Of a stretch of DNA of 64,000 nt, positions 39,855 through 50,068 are shown piece after piece. This stretch comes from Candidatus Sysuiplasma jiujiangense. Its GTDB lineage: Archaea > Thermoplasmatota > Thermoplasmata > Sysuiplasmatales > Sysuiplasmataceae. The translations under genes were made by a program, and so were the position numbers. The stretch's first letter is position 1, and each line of letters opens with the position of its first letter. Below the pieces are notes generated by a model. The model was not told the origin of the DNA. It saw only the letters and a list, made by a program, of their open reading frames with translations, and did not search any database. Location: positions 90,949-154,948 of the forward strand of contig JAHEAD010000002.1 in NCBI GenBank assembly GCA_019721075.1, given 5' to 3'.

Positions 39855-40970
39855 CTATGCACCTGATGCCCTCAGTAATTCAATAGTTTCTGCCTCGATA
39901 TCTTCCGCGATCGAATCATATCCGCCGACTGTAAAATCACGGGTTCCGCTTCTGATCCTGAAATCCACTATATCATGGTCCATATCTATATCAGTCACCC
40001 TGCCCTCTACTGTGATATCCTCTCCCGTCTTCCTTTCCTTGCCGGTCACCCTGACATAAAGGTTTTTCAGGCCCTCTTTCATAAGTCTCAGCATATCACT
40101 GACAGCGATACGCTGTATAGTGTAAACTGCCGGCAATTCTATCGGCCTGGAAAACACCGTTTCGGCGGTGAACCATTCCTGAAAGAAATTATGAAGCAGG
40201 AACCATGACATGTTTCCGTCCCTCAGAATGTAGCCGTACCTTTCGTCCTCGCCAGAAAGTGCCACCCTCCGTGGCATAAATGAAGAACTGTTCATGTCAC
40301 TTATTGCCGAAAAAAATTGTCCGATGCCCGCGATCCTGATTTCCGAGAAAAGCCGTGAATCCCTCTTCAGAAATTTACTCCTGTAATCCTGCATGCCTGT
40401 ACCGAAAATGAGGAGGCCGGATCTTATACCCTCATCCATTTTGGATTCAAGCGCTTTGGAAAAATTGTCTGTGATATCTACTGGTGTTTCGAGGAACAAT
40501 GTCTGTCTTGCGCTTCTGATTATTTCGGATGTGTTGCTTACGAAGCTGTTCCAGTTTCTGCTCAGCCACATTGCGGGCAGACTGGTCATCGAGCGTGATG
40601 AATTGGATACCCAGCTCATCAGCTCCTTTTTTATTTTCTCGGTGTCTCTTGTTCTGTTCTCCAGTATAACCTCGGTATTGACAGGTAGATAGACTTTGGG
40701 CCTGCTGTTCTGTACATTTATGAACTGCTTTCTCTCGAGTGAAGCCATTATATCATACAGCTGCGGCTGTCTGAGATTGAGCTGTGTAAGCAGATCCCTG
40801 GAAACAGCACTTCCGTTTTCAACAAGGTATTTGTAAACCTTCGATTCATTCTCTGACAGGCCAATGCTTTCCAAAAGGCGAAGCACGTAATTGCCGCCGT
40901 CCTCCTCCTTCCTCAACTCTGCCACTCCTGCGTTCGATTTAAAATCTGACTTGAAATTACTAATGCTCAT
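39855..40970 (-). CDS. trmB: TrmB-family sugar-sensing transcriptional regulator
   Basis: GLSENESKVY, QPQLYDIMASLE, RPKVY HTH; C-terminal effector domain with VGGYDSIAEDIEA. Confidence 0.9.
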   Translation of the reverse strand: MSISNFKSDFKSNAGVAELRKEEDGGNYVLRLLESIGLSENESKVYKYLVENGSAVSRDLLTQLNLRQPQLYDIMASLERKQFINVQNSRPKVYLPVNTEVILENRTRDTEKIKKELMSWVSNSSRSMTSLPAMWLSRNWNSFVSNTSEIIRSARQTLFLETPVDITDNFSKALESKMDEGIRSGLLIFGTGMQDYRSKFLKRDSRLFSEIRIAGIGQFFSAISDMNSSSFMPRRVALSGEDERYGYILRDGNMSWFLLHNFFQEWFTAETVFSRPIELPAVYTIQRIAVSDMLRLMKEGLKNLYVRVTGKERKTGEDITVEGRVTDIDMDHDIVDFRIRSGTRDFTVGGYDSIAEDIEAETIELLRASGA

Positions 40971-40976
40971 TAGTAA
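40957..40976. promoter_or_regulatory. Palindromic candidate operator TTACTAAT-GCTC-ATTAGTAA over the trmB start codon
   Basis: Perfect 8-bp inverted repeat, same core as 33466-33485. Confidence 0.75.
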
Positions 40977-41341
40977 ACTTTCAACAACTGGAATTCGCTA
41001 AGCAATACATATAGGTTTTAGTCATACCGTTGTTTTCGCACATCCCATTCCGAATACATCAGAAGCATTGACTTCAGAGGAAACCGTTTGCAGGAAGGAA
41101 CGATTGAGTATTTCGTTCTGACGGATTAAAGAGAGAAACGGCGTGAAAACGACAGTACCTGGCACTGCGGAATTCCGAATTAAGCGGCACGACATTATAT
41201 TCGAAATTTATGTCAGAATGTATCCGGAGAAAATCGGACTTGAGCGAAGGAAAGCTGTGTATCCCTCCCAATACTGTGCCAGTTGGCTGCCCGCTCGAGT
41301 TTACGCCCCGGTGCCCGGTTTATCTTGAACTAACCGTCTGA

Positions 41342-42529
41342 TCAGGATGACATATCTGTTAGCTGTGCGGTAACAAGGGCTACCATGTCTGAGGATGAAA
41401 TTGCGCCAGCACCGATTACCCCGTCGACGAGAAGGGACTTTCCATCAAGACTGAATATTAATGAAATTTTTGCTGCTGAGTTTGCCGACAGATTGCCGGA
41501 GATGTAGAAATACTGATTTCCCGCAATCGTGCCGCTATTGTGTGTGTAGTTGGCATTTGATCCGAGGTCCAGGTAAAGCGCCTGGTAAATGAATGCAGGG
41601 TATGAACTTGCGTTGAAGGTAATGAAAGAGGAGAAGGCAATCTCCTTCGACACCTGGTTCCCAAAGAGCGCAATACTGGCCGAAGTTATATTCTCAAGGT
41701 ACTGTGTTTCCGCGCTGCTGACGGATGACGAATTAACAGAAGTTGTGATGTTGCTCTCCAGGCTGCCAATCAGGGATCTGAGACCCGTTATGTTTGCAAC
41801 GGCATAAATTTCCGAGTTGAATCCGACCCCAACTGTGCTGTTCAGTTGAGCGGTGGTGACCAGCCGGGACGGATATGTGACCACCAGGCCATTGCCCAGT
41901 ATCGCCATTTCGTCCTTCACCAGTGTGACAAAGCTGCCGGTGCTTACGCCTGTCTTGCCGCTGTAAACGAACAGTATGACGTATCTCGCATAATTTGCAA
42001 CGATGAGCTGCGTTTCATTTCCATTGTGCGTGACATTTGCGACAACATAAGGCCAGCCGTTGATTTTACCTGTCGAAAATACAACCGATGAATTGCTTTC
42101 CAGTTTGGCTGTAAAGTTGATGTAAATCTGAAAGGCAGCGGTGGCATTGGGCAGGAAAGCGATTGCCGAAAACAGGTGCGCATCCGACTTATTCTGCGAG
42201 TAGCCGGCGATCGACATTTCGGAGCTGCCGGAGAGGAAACAGGCATAGTTGGGCGCAATCGTCGCGTTGGCAGTGTAATTGAACAGCTCTGCATAGCTGC
42301 CCACGAGTCCTGCAGGATTCGTTGAGCCTCCGGAAAGGTAGAAATTCTCGCTCCATGATCCTCCCAGCGTGTTCGCGATCACCTTTGGAGCGACAAGGTA
42401 TGTTCCCGGAATAGTTGCTGGAACAGTCTTTCTGTTATGACCCTGAAATGCATAAACCGCAACGGCAGCAATGATGACTATTGCGACAATTGCAACCGCG
42501 AGTAAACCCTTCCTGATTGCCATAGACAT
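41342..42529 (-). CDS. Membrane-anchored extracellular protein with two repeated domains
   Basis: N-terminal RKGLLAVAIVAIVIIAAVAVY anchor, Ser/Thr/Asn-rich, many NxS/T sequons. Confidence 0.8.
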   Translation of the reverse strand: MSMAIRKGLLAVAIVAIVIIAAVAVYAFQGHNRKTVPATIPGTYLVAPKVIANTLGGSWSENFYLSGGSTNPAGLVGSYAELFNYTANATIAPNYACFLSGSSEMSIAGYSQNKSDAHLFSAIAFLPNATAAFQIYINFTAKLESNSSVVFSTGKINGWPYVVANVTHNGNETQLIVANYARYVILFVYSGKTGVSTGSFVTLVKDEMAILGNGLVVTYPSRLVTTAQLNSTVGVGFNSEIYAVANITGLRSLIGSLESNITTSVNSSSVSSAETQYLENITSASIALFGNQVSKEIAFSSFITFNASSYPAFIYQALYLDLGSNANYTHNSGTIAGNQYFYISGNLSANSAAKISLIFSLDGKSLLVDGVIGAGAISSSDMVALVTAQLTDMSS

Positions 42530-42833
42530 CAATGCAGGGCATTTGCTATTTAACGTTTCCGCGACTTTTTCTCTTTTTGTGCATCCGGAGTGGTAACTGC
42601 GATTCCTTTCATGATAAAAAAACACAGGATTATTTCGCAGTTCAGAAGTGATCCGGTTTCTCTGTTTATGAGTTAAACCGAGGAAAGGAATCGCAGCGGT
42701 GATGTCGACGCATGGGTTGAATTGCAGAGCAGTGAGAAAGTCCACGATTATATACAGAAAACCATGTGTCCAGCGATGTTAAGCTTTTAAAAAACCGTTC
42801 CGTCGATTTGATATGGCATGACGGACTGGCGGC

Positions 42834-43082
42834 ATGCGATGGAGAGTGTCAGCAATGATCATCCCGGTTGAAGAAACACGGCAGCACGCATTGAACAGAT
42901 ACCTGTGGCAGCATCGCAGATATATGCAGGCCGCGGGTATCATTTCGGCCGGATTGCTGATATCTGGATACCTGATGAGGTGGCGCATCATTACATCTGA
43001 ATTTTCATCTGTTTTCCTCATTCTCATACTGCTGTCAATCTACGTCGATTACATTTCACGCGCGATGGAAAAGAGGGACTGA
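42834..43082 (+). CDS. Small hypothetical membrane protein (two TM segments)
   Basis: Two hydrophobic helices; occupies an otherwise empty interval after a TTTTAAA element. Confidence 0.5.
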   Translation: MRWRVSAMIIPVEETRQHALNRYLWQHRRYMQAAGIISAGLLISGYLMRWRIITSEFSSVFLILILLSIYVDYISRAMEKRD

Positions 43083-43244
43083 CGGCGTGAATGATGCAAT
43101 ACCGGCATCCGCATCAGCGATGCATGCTTGCAAAACAGAAACTTCTCGATGCGTGCAACTGCGGCCGCAGCAGGATAATTGAGTTGCAGAGGGAGAATGA
43201 ACTCTTCAGGTCATATTCAAGTCATTTTCGGATCCGACGAATTC

Positions 43245-43874
43245 CTATGAATTCATTACAACTAGTATTTCACCGGTTACCTGGTCGAATTTCCTCTTTG
43301 CATCAATCTTGGCCAGAAGATTTTTCTCAAAATAGAACTGCACCAGAGGTGCAGTTTTTTCCCAGAATGTTCTTATTCGTGCCTCTGCAACCTCCCTGTT
43401 GTCATCACTCCTCTGGATCAGAGGGGTCCGGTCCCTGTCGCAGAGATTGTCCACCTTTGGCGGATATTCTGTGGTGTTATAGACTGAATTGCAGACTGGG
43501 CATATCCTTCTGTTAATGATCCTGTCCACGAGTATTCCCTCAGGTGCATCAAAATAAAGCACAAGATCGAGGACAGTAACACCATCCAGGAATTTTGCCT
43601 GTTCAATAGTCCTTGGATAACCATCAATAATGAAGCCCGATTTGAGCTCAGCAAGTCTGTTCCGAAGAATTTCATTCACCACCTCATCAGGAACGAGTTT
43701 GCCGTCATCCACGTAACGCCTTGCATTGAGTCCGAGTTCAGATCCTGTTGCAATTTCATCCCTCAGAAGGTCCCCGGTCGCTATCCTGGGAATGGAAAAC
43801 CTTCTCGATATTATCAGTGCCTGAGTGCCCTTCCCCGCGCCCGGCGGACCGAGAAAAACAAGGCGGTTTTTCAT
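43245..43874 (-). CDS. adk: Adenylate kinase (bacterial type, Zn-LID)
   Basis: LGPPGAGKGTQA, TGDLLR, GKLVPD, IDGYPRT, CPVC...CDRD, QRSDD. Confidence 0.95.
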   Translation of the reverse strand: MKNRLVFLGPPGAGKGTQALIISRRFSIPRIATGDLLRDEIATGSELGLNARRYVDDGKLVPDEVVNEILRNRLAELKSGFIIDGYPRTIEQAKFLDGVTVLDLVLYFDAPEGILVDRIINRRICPVCNSVYNTTEYPPKVDNLCDRDRTPLIQRSDDNREVAEARIRTFWEKTAPLVQFYFEKNLLAKIDAKRKFDQVTGEILVVMNS

Positions 43875-43927
43875 CACTGCTAAAATTACAAGCTGTTTAA
43901 ATAATTTGTCCGACGCAGCATGGGTGC

Positions 43928-44632
43928 TCAAACAAAGCCGACATGCATGAACGTCAGGAAGACGATGATACCGAGCGGCACCAACACGCCGGCGGCATAA
44001 TTCACAGTGTTCCATCTGAGGACTTTGTAGCCGTCCAGGGGCGGGACGGGTATCATATTGAAGAGTCCGAGCCAGGCGTCAAGGAATGATATATAAGCGA
44101 GCGTTTCGAACGCAACCAGGTTGAACGAGAACACGAAGGCGAGCAGCAGGAACAGGATTGAAAAGGCGCTGTTGGTAAGCGGGCCCGCAATGCTGACAAT
44201 CCCGTTTTCCTTACTGTCGAGGTTGCCGGAGATGTAGACTGCCCCCGGCGCTGCGAGTAGAAATCCGAAAAGGGAGGTAATGAATGCCATTAGTAGGCCG
44301 AATTTCGATGATCTGAACTCCGCCCATGCACCGAACTTCTGTGCATAATATTTGTGCATCAGCTCATGGAAAAGAAAACCGGTCAGTGCTGCGACTACGG
44401 CAACACCGAAGTCAAGGAAAAGGAGTGGACTGAACCAGTCATGTAATATGATCGTAAATGCAACTGTAAGAACGGCCATGGCGAGCAGTATATTCTTGAT
44501 CTCCTCGCTGCTGAACCTCATTCCTCTGGGAACATAATTATACGGATATGTCGAGGGTGAGTATCCGTAATCGTAGCTGTAGGTGCCGCTGTATGTGTCC
44601 TGCCTATCCATTTGATCTGTCTCCTGAGCCAC
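43928..44632 (-). CDS. Site-2 protease family (M50) Zn metalloprotease
   Basis: HELMH, IAGPLTN, FNMIPVPPLDGYKV. Confidence 0.9.
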   Translation of the reverse strand: MAQETDQMDRQDTYSGTYSYDYGYSPSTYPYNYVPRGMRFSSEEIKNILLAMAVLTVAFTIILHDWFSPLLFLDFGVAVVAALTGFLFHELMHKYYAQKFGAWAEFRSSKFGLLMAFITSLFGFLLAAPGAVYISGNLDSKENGIVSIAGPLTNSAFSILFLLLAFVFSFNLVAFETLAYISFLDAWLGLFNMIPVPPLDGYKVLRWNTVNYAAGVLVPLGIIVFLTFMHVGFV

Positions 44633-44661
44633 CTTTCCTGTAGAGCAGCATTAAAGCACCG

Positions 44662-45051
44662 TCAGTACTGGAGTAACGCGCTGTATTTTACCGTCGCAGT
44701 TGTTGATGCCGTATTGAAATCGAGTGTAACCTTTGAAGGGAGTACTGCCAGATGCTCAATGCCCGACGAGCCCACATACGTGAAGGTATAATTGTGCGCC
44801 CCGAACTCATACATGATTCTCAGAAGCACCGGCGCGGTCGAGCTGAAGCTTATCGAAAGGTATCCTGCATAATCCACTGTGAGCGTTCTCGATGCCGGCT
44901 TGAGGAATGTGACGTTTACTTTCTCGTTCGACGCGAGCACATCGAATTGATTCATATCCACGATTGAAACGAGATAAACAACAACTATAAGGAGTATAAC
45001 AATCAGGACGGAAAGGAATACCGTGACACCAATAAAACCCTTCTGCGACAT
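44662..45051 (-). CDS. Hypothetical membrane-anchored beta-rich protein
   Basis: N-terminal TM helix followed by beta-strand pattern; co-oriented with the M50 gene. Confidence 0.65.
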   Translation of the reverse strand: MSQKGFIGVTVFLSVLIVILLIVVVYLVSIVDMNQFDVLASNEKVNVTFLKPASRTLTVDYAGYLSISFSSTAPVLLRIMYEFGAHNYTFTYVGSSGIEHLAVLPSKVTLDFNTASTTATVKYSALLQY

Positions 45052-45170
45052 GCGATCCGGGCATAAACACTGACCATATTTAAACAGTCATATGCTGCAA
45101 CAGCGGGCCACGGGCCCGTACGGCTGCGGATAATGTAAACAGTATTTATGTGGTAAGCTATGGCTGTAAT

Positions 45171-46253
45171 GTGCCGCAGAGAATCATAATGCACATTGAT
45201 CTGGACTATTTTTACGCGCAGTGCGAAGAGGTGCGCAGACCCGATATCAGGGGGAAGCCGGTTGTTGTGTGCATTTATTCGGGAAGAAGCGAGGACAGCG
45301 GAGCGGTCTCCACATCAAATTATGCCGCAAGAAAACTCGGAATCAGATCCGGCATACCGATAATACAGGCGAAGAGGATAGCACAGCAGGGTGCGATGTT
45401 TCTGAGCGCGGATCTGGATTATTACGATACCGTGTCTGAACGTATCATGGGATTTCTGAGGTCTTTTTCGCCTGCAATGGAGCAGGCAAGTGTTGATGAG
45501 GCATATCTCGATTTCACTGGCATTGTATCAGGGAATGGCGAGGCGGAAGAGAAGGCAAGGGAAATCAAAAAAGGAATACTGTCCTCAGAAGGACTCACCT
45601 GCTCTGTCGGCATCGGTCCGAACAAACTCCTGTCGAAGATTGCAGCTGGGGTGAATAAACCCGACGGGCTGACATCAATCAGCGCGGACGCCGCAATGGA
45701 TTTTCTCGGAAACATGGAGGTGGGAAAGCTCTTCGGCGTAGGCAGGGTTACCGGTGCCAAGCTCAATGAAATGGGAATCAGGACGGTGGCGGAACTGAGG
45801 GAAGCGGACATCGGTGAGCTGAAGAAGGAGTTCGGGACAAGCATGGGCAGCTACCTGTTCAACGCGTCAAGGGGCATCGACGATGAGCCTGTAAAGGAGC
45901 GCAAGAGGGAACAATACGGGAGAATAATTACTTTAAAAGAGGATACAAGGGACAGAAATGTGATTGCCGATAATGCAATGAAGTTAATGGAAAACGTTGT
46001 TCAGTCCGCGAGAGCAGACAAAGTGAAATTCAAAACCGTGTCGTTCATTGGAATAATGGAGGATCTCTCTACAAGGACAAAGAACAGGAGCCTCCCGGAC
46101 TTCGTAGACGATTTCAACCTCTGTGCAAGACTGCTTCCGGAACTAGTAGATGATTTCCTCTCCGAGCATGATGGAAAGCTGCGCAGGCTCGGCGTGAAAA
46201 TTTCCAACCTTTCCGAAGGAAGAGGCCAGAAATCTCTTTCCGATTTTGCATGA
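45171..46253 (+). CDS. dinB: Y-family DNA polymerase IV
   Basis: HIDLDYFYAQ, NYAARKLGIRSG, SVDEAYLD, SVGIGPNKLLSKIA, KPDG, GVG. Confidence 0.95.
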   Translation: MPQRIIMHIDLDYFYAQCEEVRRPDIRGKPVVVCIYSGRSEDSGAVSTSNYAARKLGIRSGIPIIQAKRIAQQGAMFLSADLDYYDTVSERIMGFLRSFSPAMEQASVDEAYLDFTGIVSGNGEAEEKAREIKKGILSSEGLTCSVGIGPNKLLSKIAAGVNKPDGLTSISADAAMDFLGNMEVGKLFGVGRVTGAKLNEMGIRTVAELREADIGELKKEFGTSMGSYLFNASRGIDDEPVKERKREQYGRIITLKEDTRDRNVIADNAMKLMENVVQSARADKVKFKTVSFIGIMEDLSTRTKNRSLPDFVDDFNLCARLLPELVDDFLSEHDGKLRRLGVKISNLSEGRGQKSLSDFA

Positions 46254-46259
46254 GCAGGA

Positions 46260-46964
46260 ATGGGCTGGCACATGATTCAATTTCTGTTTCCAACGGTTGC
46301 CGTTCTTGCCTTTGCACCTGCGCTCCTTCTTCTCTACTATTCGCTTTCCGGATACACCTGGCCGAAATCACAGACAGTCTATTTCGACGACAGGTGGATA
46401 TTCGGTTTTGTGGCCGTAGGGATCATAGTCGGAGCTGGTATCTTCTTTGTGGAACTAATTTTCTCGAGCCTGGGTTTTATTTACGCAATACTCTTCACCG
46501 TTGTCGAGGAACTGATTGTCGTAACCATACTGAATTTTCCGAGAATGAGAAGGAAGGGATCGGGCCGGTTCTATGGTTTCGCCCTGGGCACTGCCATCGC
46601 TGCCGGGCTTGCCATGGGAGAGTACGCAGAACTCTTCACGCACAGCGGATATGATCTTCCAGGCATGGCAGTGCTCGCTGTCTACAGCATCGGCCTGGAA
46701 CTGATGGGAGGCTCGACGGGCTGCGTAATCGGCAGGGCAGTGGAACAGGAGAAGCTTCCCTACGGCATACTGATTGCAGTTGCCTTCCAGTCGCTGTTCG
46801 TGTTCATTAACATACCTGTTCTGAGCTTCTCTCCTTCGCTCCTGACCGTCATGTTCGCGACGGCAGGGATAGCCATATCCGTGCTATTCTATTTCCATGT
46901 GGTTCGCAGAGTCCTTCCGCAGCCGTCTGTCGCTGCGCCGGGTAAAAGAAAGAGGTACATATGA
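46260..46964 (+). CDS. Multi-pass membrane protein, possibly PrsW-like
   Basis: About 7 TM segments; VVEE and GFALG motifs; co-oriented directly after dinB. Confidence 0.65.
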   Translation: MGWHMIQFLFPTVAVLAFAPALLLLYYSLSGYTWPKSQTVYFDDRWIFGFVAVGIIVGAGIFFVELIFSSLGFIYAILFTVVEELIVVTILNFPRMRRKGSGRFYGFALGTAIAAGLAMGEYAELFTHSGYDLPGMAVLAVYSIGLELMGGSTGCVIGRAVEQEKLPYGILIAVAFQSLFVFINIPVLSFSPSLLTVMFATAGIAISVLFYFHVVRRVLPQPSVAAPGKRKRYI

Positions 46965-46997
46965 TCGTGTTTCTGCTGGCACAATGCGCTCCGGGCG

Positions 46998-47426
46998 TCA
47001 GTAGACGCATTCATAGGCGCCCTTCCCCTTGCGTAGTATCCTTCCAGATCGTTCCAGTTTCTCAACGAATATTTCGCCCTCCTCCTCATCCATTCCCAGA
47101 AACTGGACCAGTTGCGCGAACGTGAATGTTTTGTGCCCGGAAAGAAAATTCTCAACCTTCAGCCCGCGGTTCTTGGAACCTGCAGGAATTTTTTCTTCAA
47201 GCTTCGCTCTTTCCTTTCCCTCCTTCCCCGATGCGGACCTGCGGGACGCTGCGGAATTTATCGAAAACACAGTTTCGGAAGCCTTTTTCCTGTCCTGCCC
47301 CTGGTAGTGCTTCAACGCCCTGCGGACATCTATTCTCCTGCCGCAGTGGGAACATGTTGTGGATGAAGCGCGTGCGTCGCATATTCTGGCGAAGTGGCAG
47401 GCATTGCAGCTTACAACTGTCAGCAC
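46998..47426 (-). CDS. Zn-ribbon protein (DUF1922-like) with C-terminal winged helix
   Basis: CNAC...CSHCG; EIFVEKLERSGRILRKGKGAY. Confidence 0.7.
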   Translation of the reverse strand: MLTVVSCNACHFARICDARASSTTCSHCGRRIDVRRALKHYQGQDRKKASETVFSINSAASRRSASGKEGKERAKLEEKIPAGSKNRGLKVENFLSGHKTFTFAQLVQFLGMDEEEGEIFVEKLERSGRILRKGKGAYECVY

Positions 47427-47437
47427 TTTAACAACAC

Positions 47438-47935
47438 TCAGTCGTCGTGCGTGAAAACAACTGCCGCAAGACACGCACCATAGTGATCCAGAGGTATGTC
47501 AAGTTCCTCCGTGACGTATGTTATTTTCTTGAACTTGATCCTCCTCAGCTTAGCCATTTCATCCATTTTCCACTGAAGTATCTGGGTGAGATTTTTCTTT
47601 GTTCCATGCATGTGTCCTTCGGCAACGTACCCTCCCTGGTCATCGGCGCGGAATCCATACGCCACACCTGCTGAAATCGTCTCCCCCTCCCCTCCTCTCA
47701 TCTGCGCGAGTACGCAGTGCGTGACCATTCCGCGCGGCAGGTCTTTTTTGGGTATCTTCCTGATGCCTACCGGCAGGACCGACGAAACAGAAACAAGATT
47801 CTGTTCCCCGATTCCAGCCAGTATCAGTGCCTGATCGAATGCGTTGAGATCCGAAACCTTGCTGATGGCCTTTCCAGAAGTCACGAAAAATTTCGATGGG
47901 ACCGGAAACATAATCTCCGTTGAACTGTTTCTCAT
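47438..47935 (-). CDS. pdaD: Pyruvoyl-dependent arginine decarboxylase
   Basis: LNAFDQAL..AGI...NLVSVSSVLP self-cleavage site, ISAGV, GYVAE. Confidence 0.9.
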   Translation of the reverse strand: MRNSSTEIMFPVPSKFFVTSGKAISKVSDLNAFDQALILAGIGEQNLVSVSSVLPVGIRKIPKKDLPRGMVTHCVLAQMRGGEGETISAGVAYGFRADDQGGYVAEGHMHGTKKNLTQILQWKMDEMAKLRRIKFKKITYVTEELDIPLDHYGACLAAVVFTHDD

Positions 47936-47954
47936 TCTTAACACTTTTTATAAT

Positions 47955-48680
47955 TTACAGCTTCTCACCCATTGCATCCAGCAGCTCCGCATCCGCTGTC
48001 CGTTCCACAAAATTGAACTCCTTCAGGAAACCATGTATAAACGCTTCACGAACAAGACCGAAATCGGCCTCGTGGCCCAGCAGCCTGGCTGCCGATGTCA
48101 TGACGGACGAGTCAAGGCCGCAGGGCCTTATGAGATCGAAACCGCTAAGCGGGTTGTTTATATTTATTGCGATGCCGTGGAAGCTAACCCACCGCTTGAC
48201 GGCTATGCCAATGGAGGCTATCTTCCTGTCCCCCACCCACACGCCGACAGGATCCAGCCGCCCCTCGGCTCTTATGCCTGCGGCTTCGAGCGCCAAAACT
48301 GCTGCCTGCTGAATCCTCTTAACGAGCGTTCTCGCACCTACCATGTTTTCGTTCAGGTTGATGATAGGATAAGCGACAAGCTGCCCAGGCGCATGGTAGG
48401 TTCCTTCCCCTCCCCTTTCTATGGAGAAGACGGGAACGGGCAGAGAAGGCAGCGGGCCGCTGAAATTTCTGCCGAAGGTAATCACCGGATTGTGCTCAGT
48501 GACTATCAGCGTGTCGCAAATCAGCGACTGCTGTCTCCTCGAAAGGAGCAGCCGCTGGAAATCAAGGCATCTGCCGTAATCGGTCAGGCCCAGCCTCAGA
48601 ACGTTGCAGCTCTGCAGCGGCCGTTCGCAGGATGCCTCCGCATCTTCAGTGCCGGACTGCGCCGTCTCCATACTGTTCAC
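47955..48680 (-). CDS. lipB: Lipoyl(octanoyl) transferase
   Basis: EHNPVITFGR, RGGEGTYHAPGQLVAYPI, RKIASIGI, HGIAIN, IRPCGL. Confidence 0.93.
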   Translation of the reverse strand: MNSMETAQSGTEDAEASCERPLQSCNVLRLGLTDYGRCLDFQRLLLSRRQQSLICDTLIVTEHNPVITFGRNFSGPLPSLPVPVFSIERGGEGTYHAPGQLVAYPIINLNENMVGARTLVKRIQQAAVLALEAAGIRAEGRLDPVGVWVGDRKIASIGIAVKRWVSFHGIAININNPLSGFDLIRPCGLDSSVMTSAARLLGHEADFGLVREAFIHGFLKEFNFVERTADAELLDAMGEKL

Positions 48681-50068
48681 TTCTGGTAGATGTTTGTCGG
48701 CTTTTTTCCAGCAAGCTCGGATGCCTCCATTATCATCTCAGGCAGTGTGGGGTGCGGATGCACCGTCATCGCTATATCCTCCGCAGTTGCGCCCATCTCG
48801 ATCGCGAGCGAAACCTCGCTGATGAGTTCAGATGCATCCATGCCGACAATCTGGCACCCGAGCACCGTCCCGTCCCCTGCGACCACAAGCCTCACGAACC
48901 CTTCGCTTTCCCCAAGACTGAGTGCCCGGCCTGATGCGGCATACGGGAAGCGGACAGATCTCGCACTGATGCCTGCCTTTTCCGCGTCCGCGGGGGACAT
49001 TCCGGTGCTGGAAATTTCAGGATCGGTGAATAGGGCCGTGGGCATTACCTTCTGATCCATTGCCGAGGGCAGGCCGGCTATAACCTCGGCAGCAATCCGG
49101 CCCATTGCCGTCGCCCTGTGAGCCAGGAAAGGCGGACCCGTCACATCTCCAATTGCATATATGTTTGCGGCATTTGTTCTGCATTGCTCATCTACAGGAA
49201 CAAACCCTTTCCCGTCTGTTTTGACACCTGCATGCTCAAGCCCCAAGCTTCCGGCAGAGGATTTCTTTCCTATGCTGACCAGCACTTTTTCAGCCTTCAG
49301 CGTAAGATCCTTTCCGCCGGCATCCCTTACACTGACGCTCACACCCTCCTTTGTCTTTGAGACGGACTGAACAGCCGATCCGGTGTATACCGTGATCGCA
49401 AGTTTACCAAGCCTTTTCTCGACGACCCTTAGAATCTCAGTATCTGTGCCGCTCATTATACTGTCAAGCACTTCCACGACAGTCACTCTTGAGCCCATCT
49501 TTGCGGCCGCAATGCCGAGTTCCATTCCGATGTAGCCGCCCCCCACAACCAGCAGCGACGCCGGAATTTTCCTGATCGACAGAAAATCCCGCGCATCGAG
49601 TATATTCACATGATCAAACTGTGCCGAGGGCAACGGCGAAAAGACCGAACCGGTGGCTATAACAGCGCTGGAAAATTTCAGCCTGCCGTAGCCGTCAATT
49701 TCCAGCTCATTCCCGGAGACAAACCTGCAGTTTCCCCTGATAGTGCTGGCGCCGTATGAATTGAGCAGCGATTGCACCCCTTTTGTCAGTCTCCTTACAA
49801 CACCTTCCTTGAACTCCTGCAGTTTTTCCATGTCGACGCTTCCCTTACCCGACAGGAAAATTCCCTTCTCCGTAAATGCGTTGTACCTGTAGCAGAGATC
49901 AGCAGCCTGTATTATCGTCTTCGAGGGAATGCATCCGAAATTCAGGCATTCCCCGCCGACCTCGTCCTTCTCAATAATCGCAACCTTCTTTCCGAGCTGC
50001 GAAAGCCGTATTGCGCAGGGGTACCCCGCCGGTCCGGCACCGATGACGGCCACTGGGTCTTCCGGCAT
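48677..50068 (-). CDS. lpdA: Dihydrolipoamide dehydrogenase (E3)
   Basis: GAGPAG, GGECLNFGCIPSK, GGGYIGME, HPHPTLPE. Confidence 0.96.
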   Translation of the reverse strand: MPEDPVAVIGAGPAGYPCAIRLSQLGKKVAIIEKDEVGGECLNFGCIPSKTIIQAADLCYRYNAFTEKGIFLSGKGSVDMEKLQEFKEGVVRRLTKGVQSLLNSYGASTIRGNCRFVSGNELEIDGYGRLKFSSAVIATGSVFSPLPSAQFDHVNILDARDFLSIRKIPASLLVVGGGYIGMELGIAAAKMGSRVTVVEVLDSIMSGTDTEILRVVEKRLGKLAITVYTGSAVQSVSKTKEGVSVSVRDAGGKDLTLKAEKVLVSIGKKSSAGSLGLEHAGVKTDGKGFVPVDEQCRTNAANIYAIGDVTGPPFLAHRATAMGRIAAEVIAGLPSAMDQKVMPTALFTDPEISSTGMSPADAEKAGISARSVRFPYAASGRALSLGESEGFVRLVVAGDGTVLGCQIVGMDASELISEVSLAIEMGATAEDIAMTVHPHPTLPEMIMEASELAGKKPTNIYQK

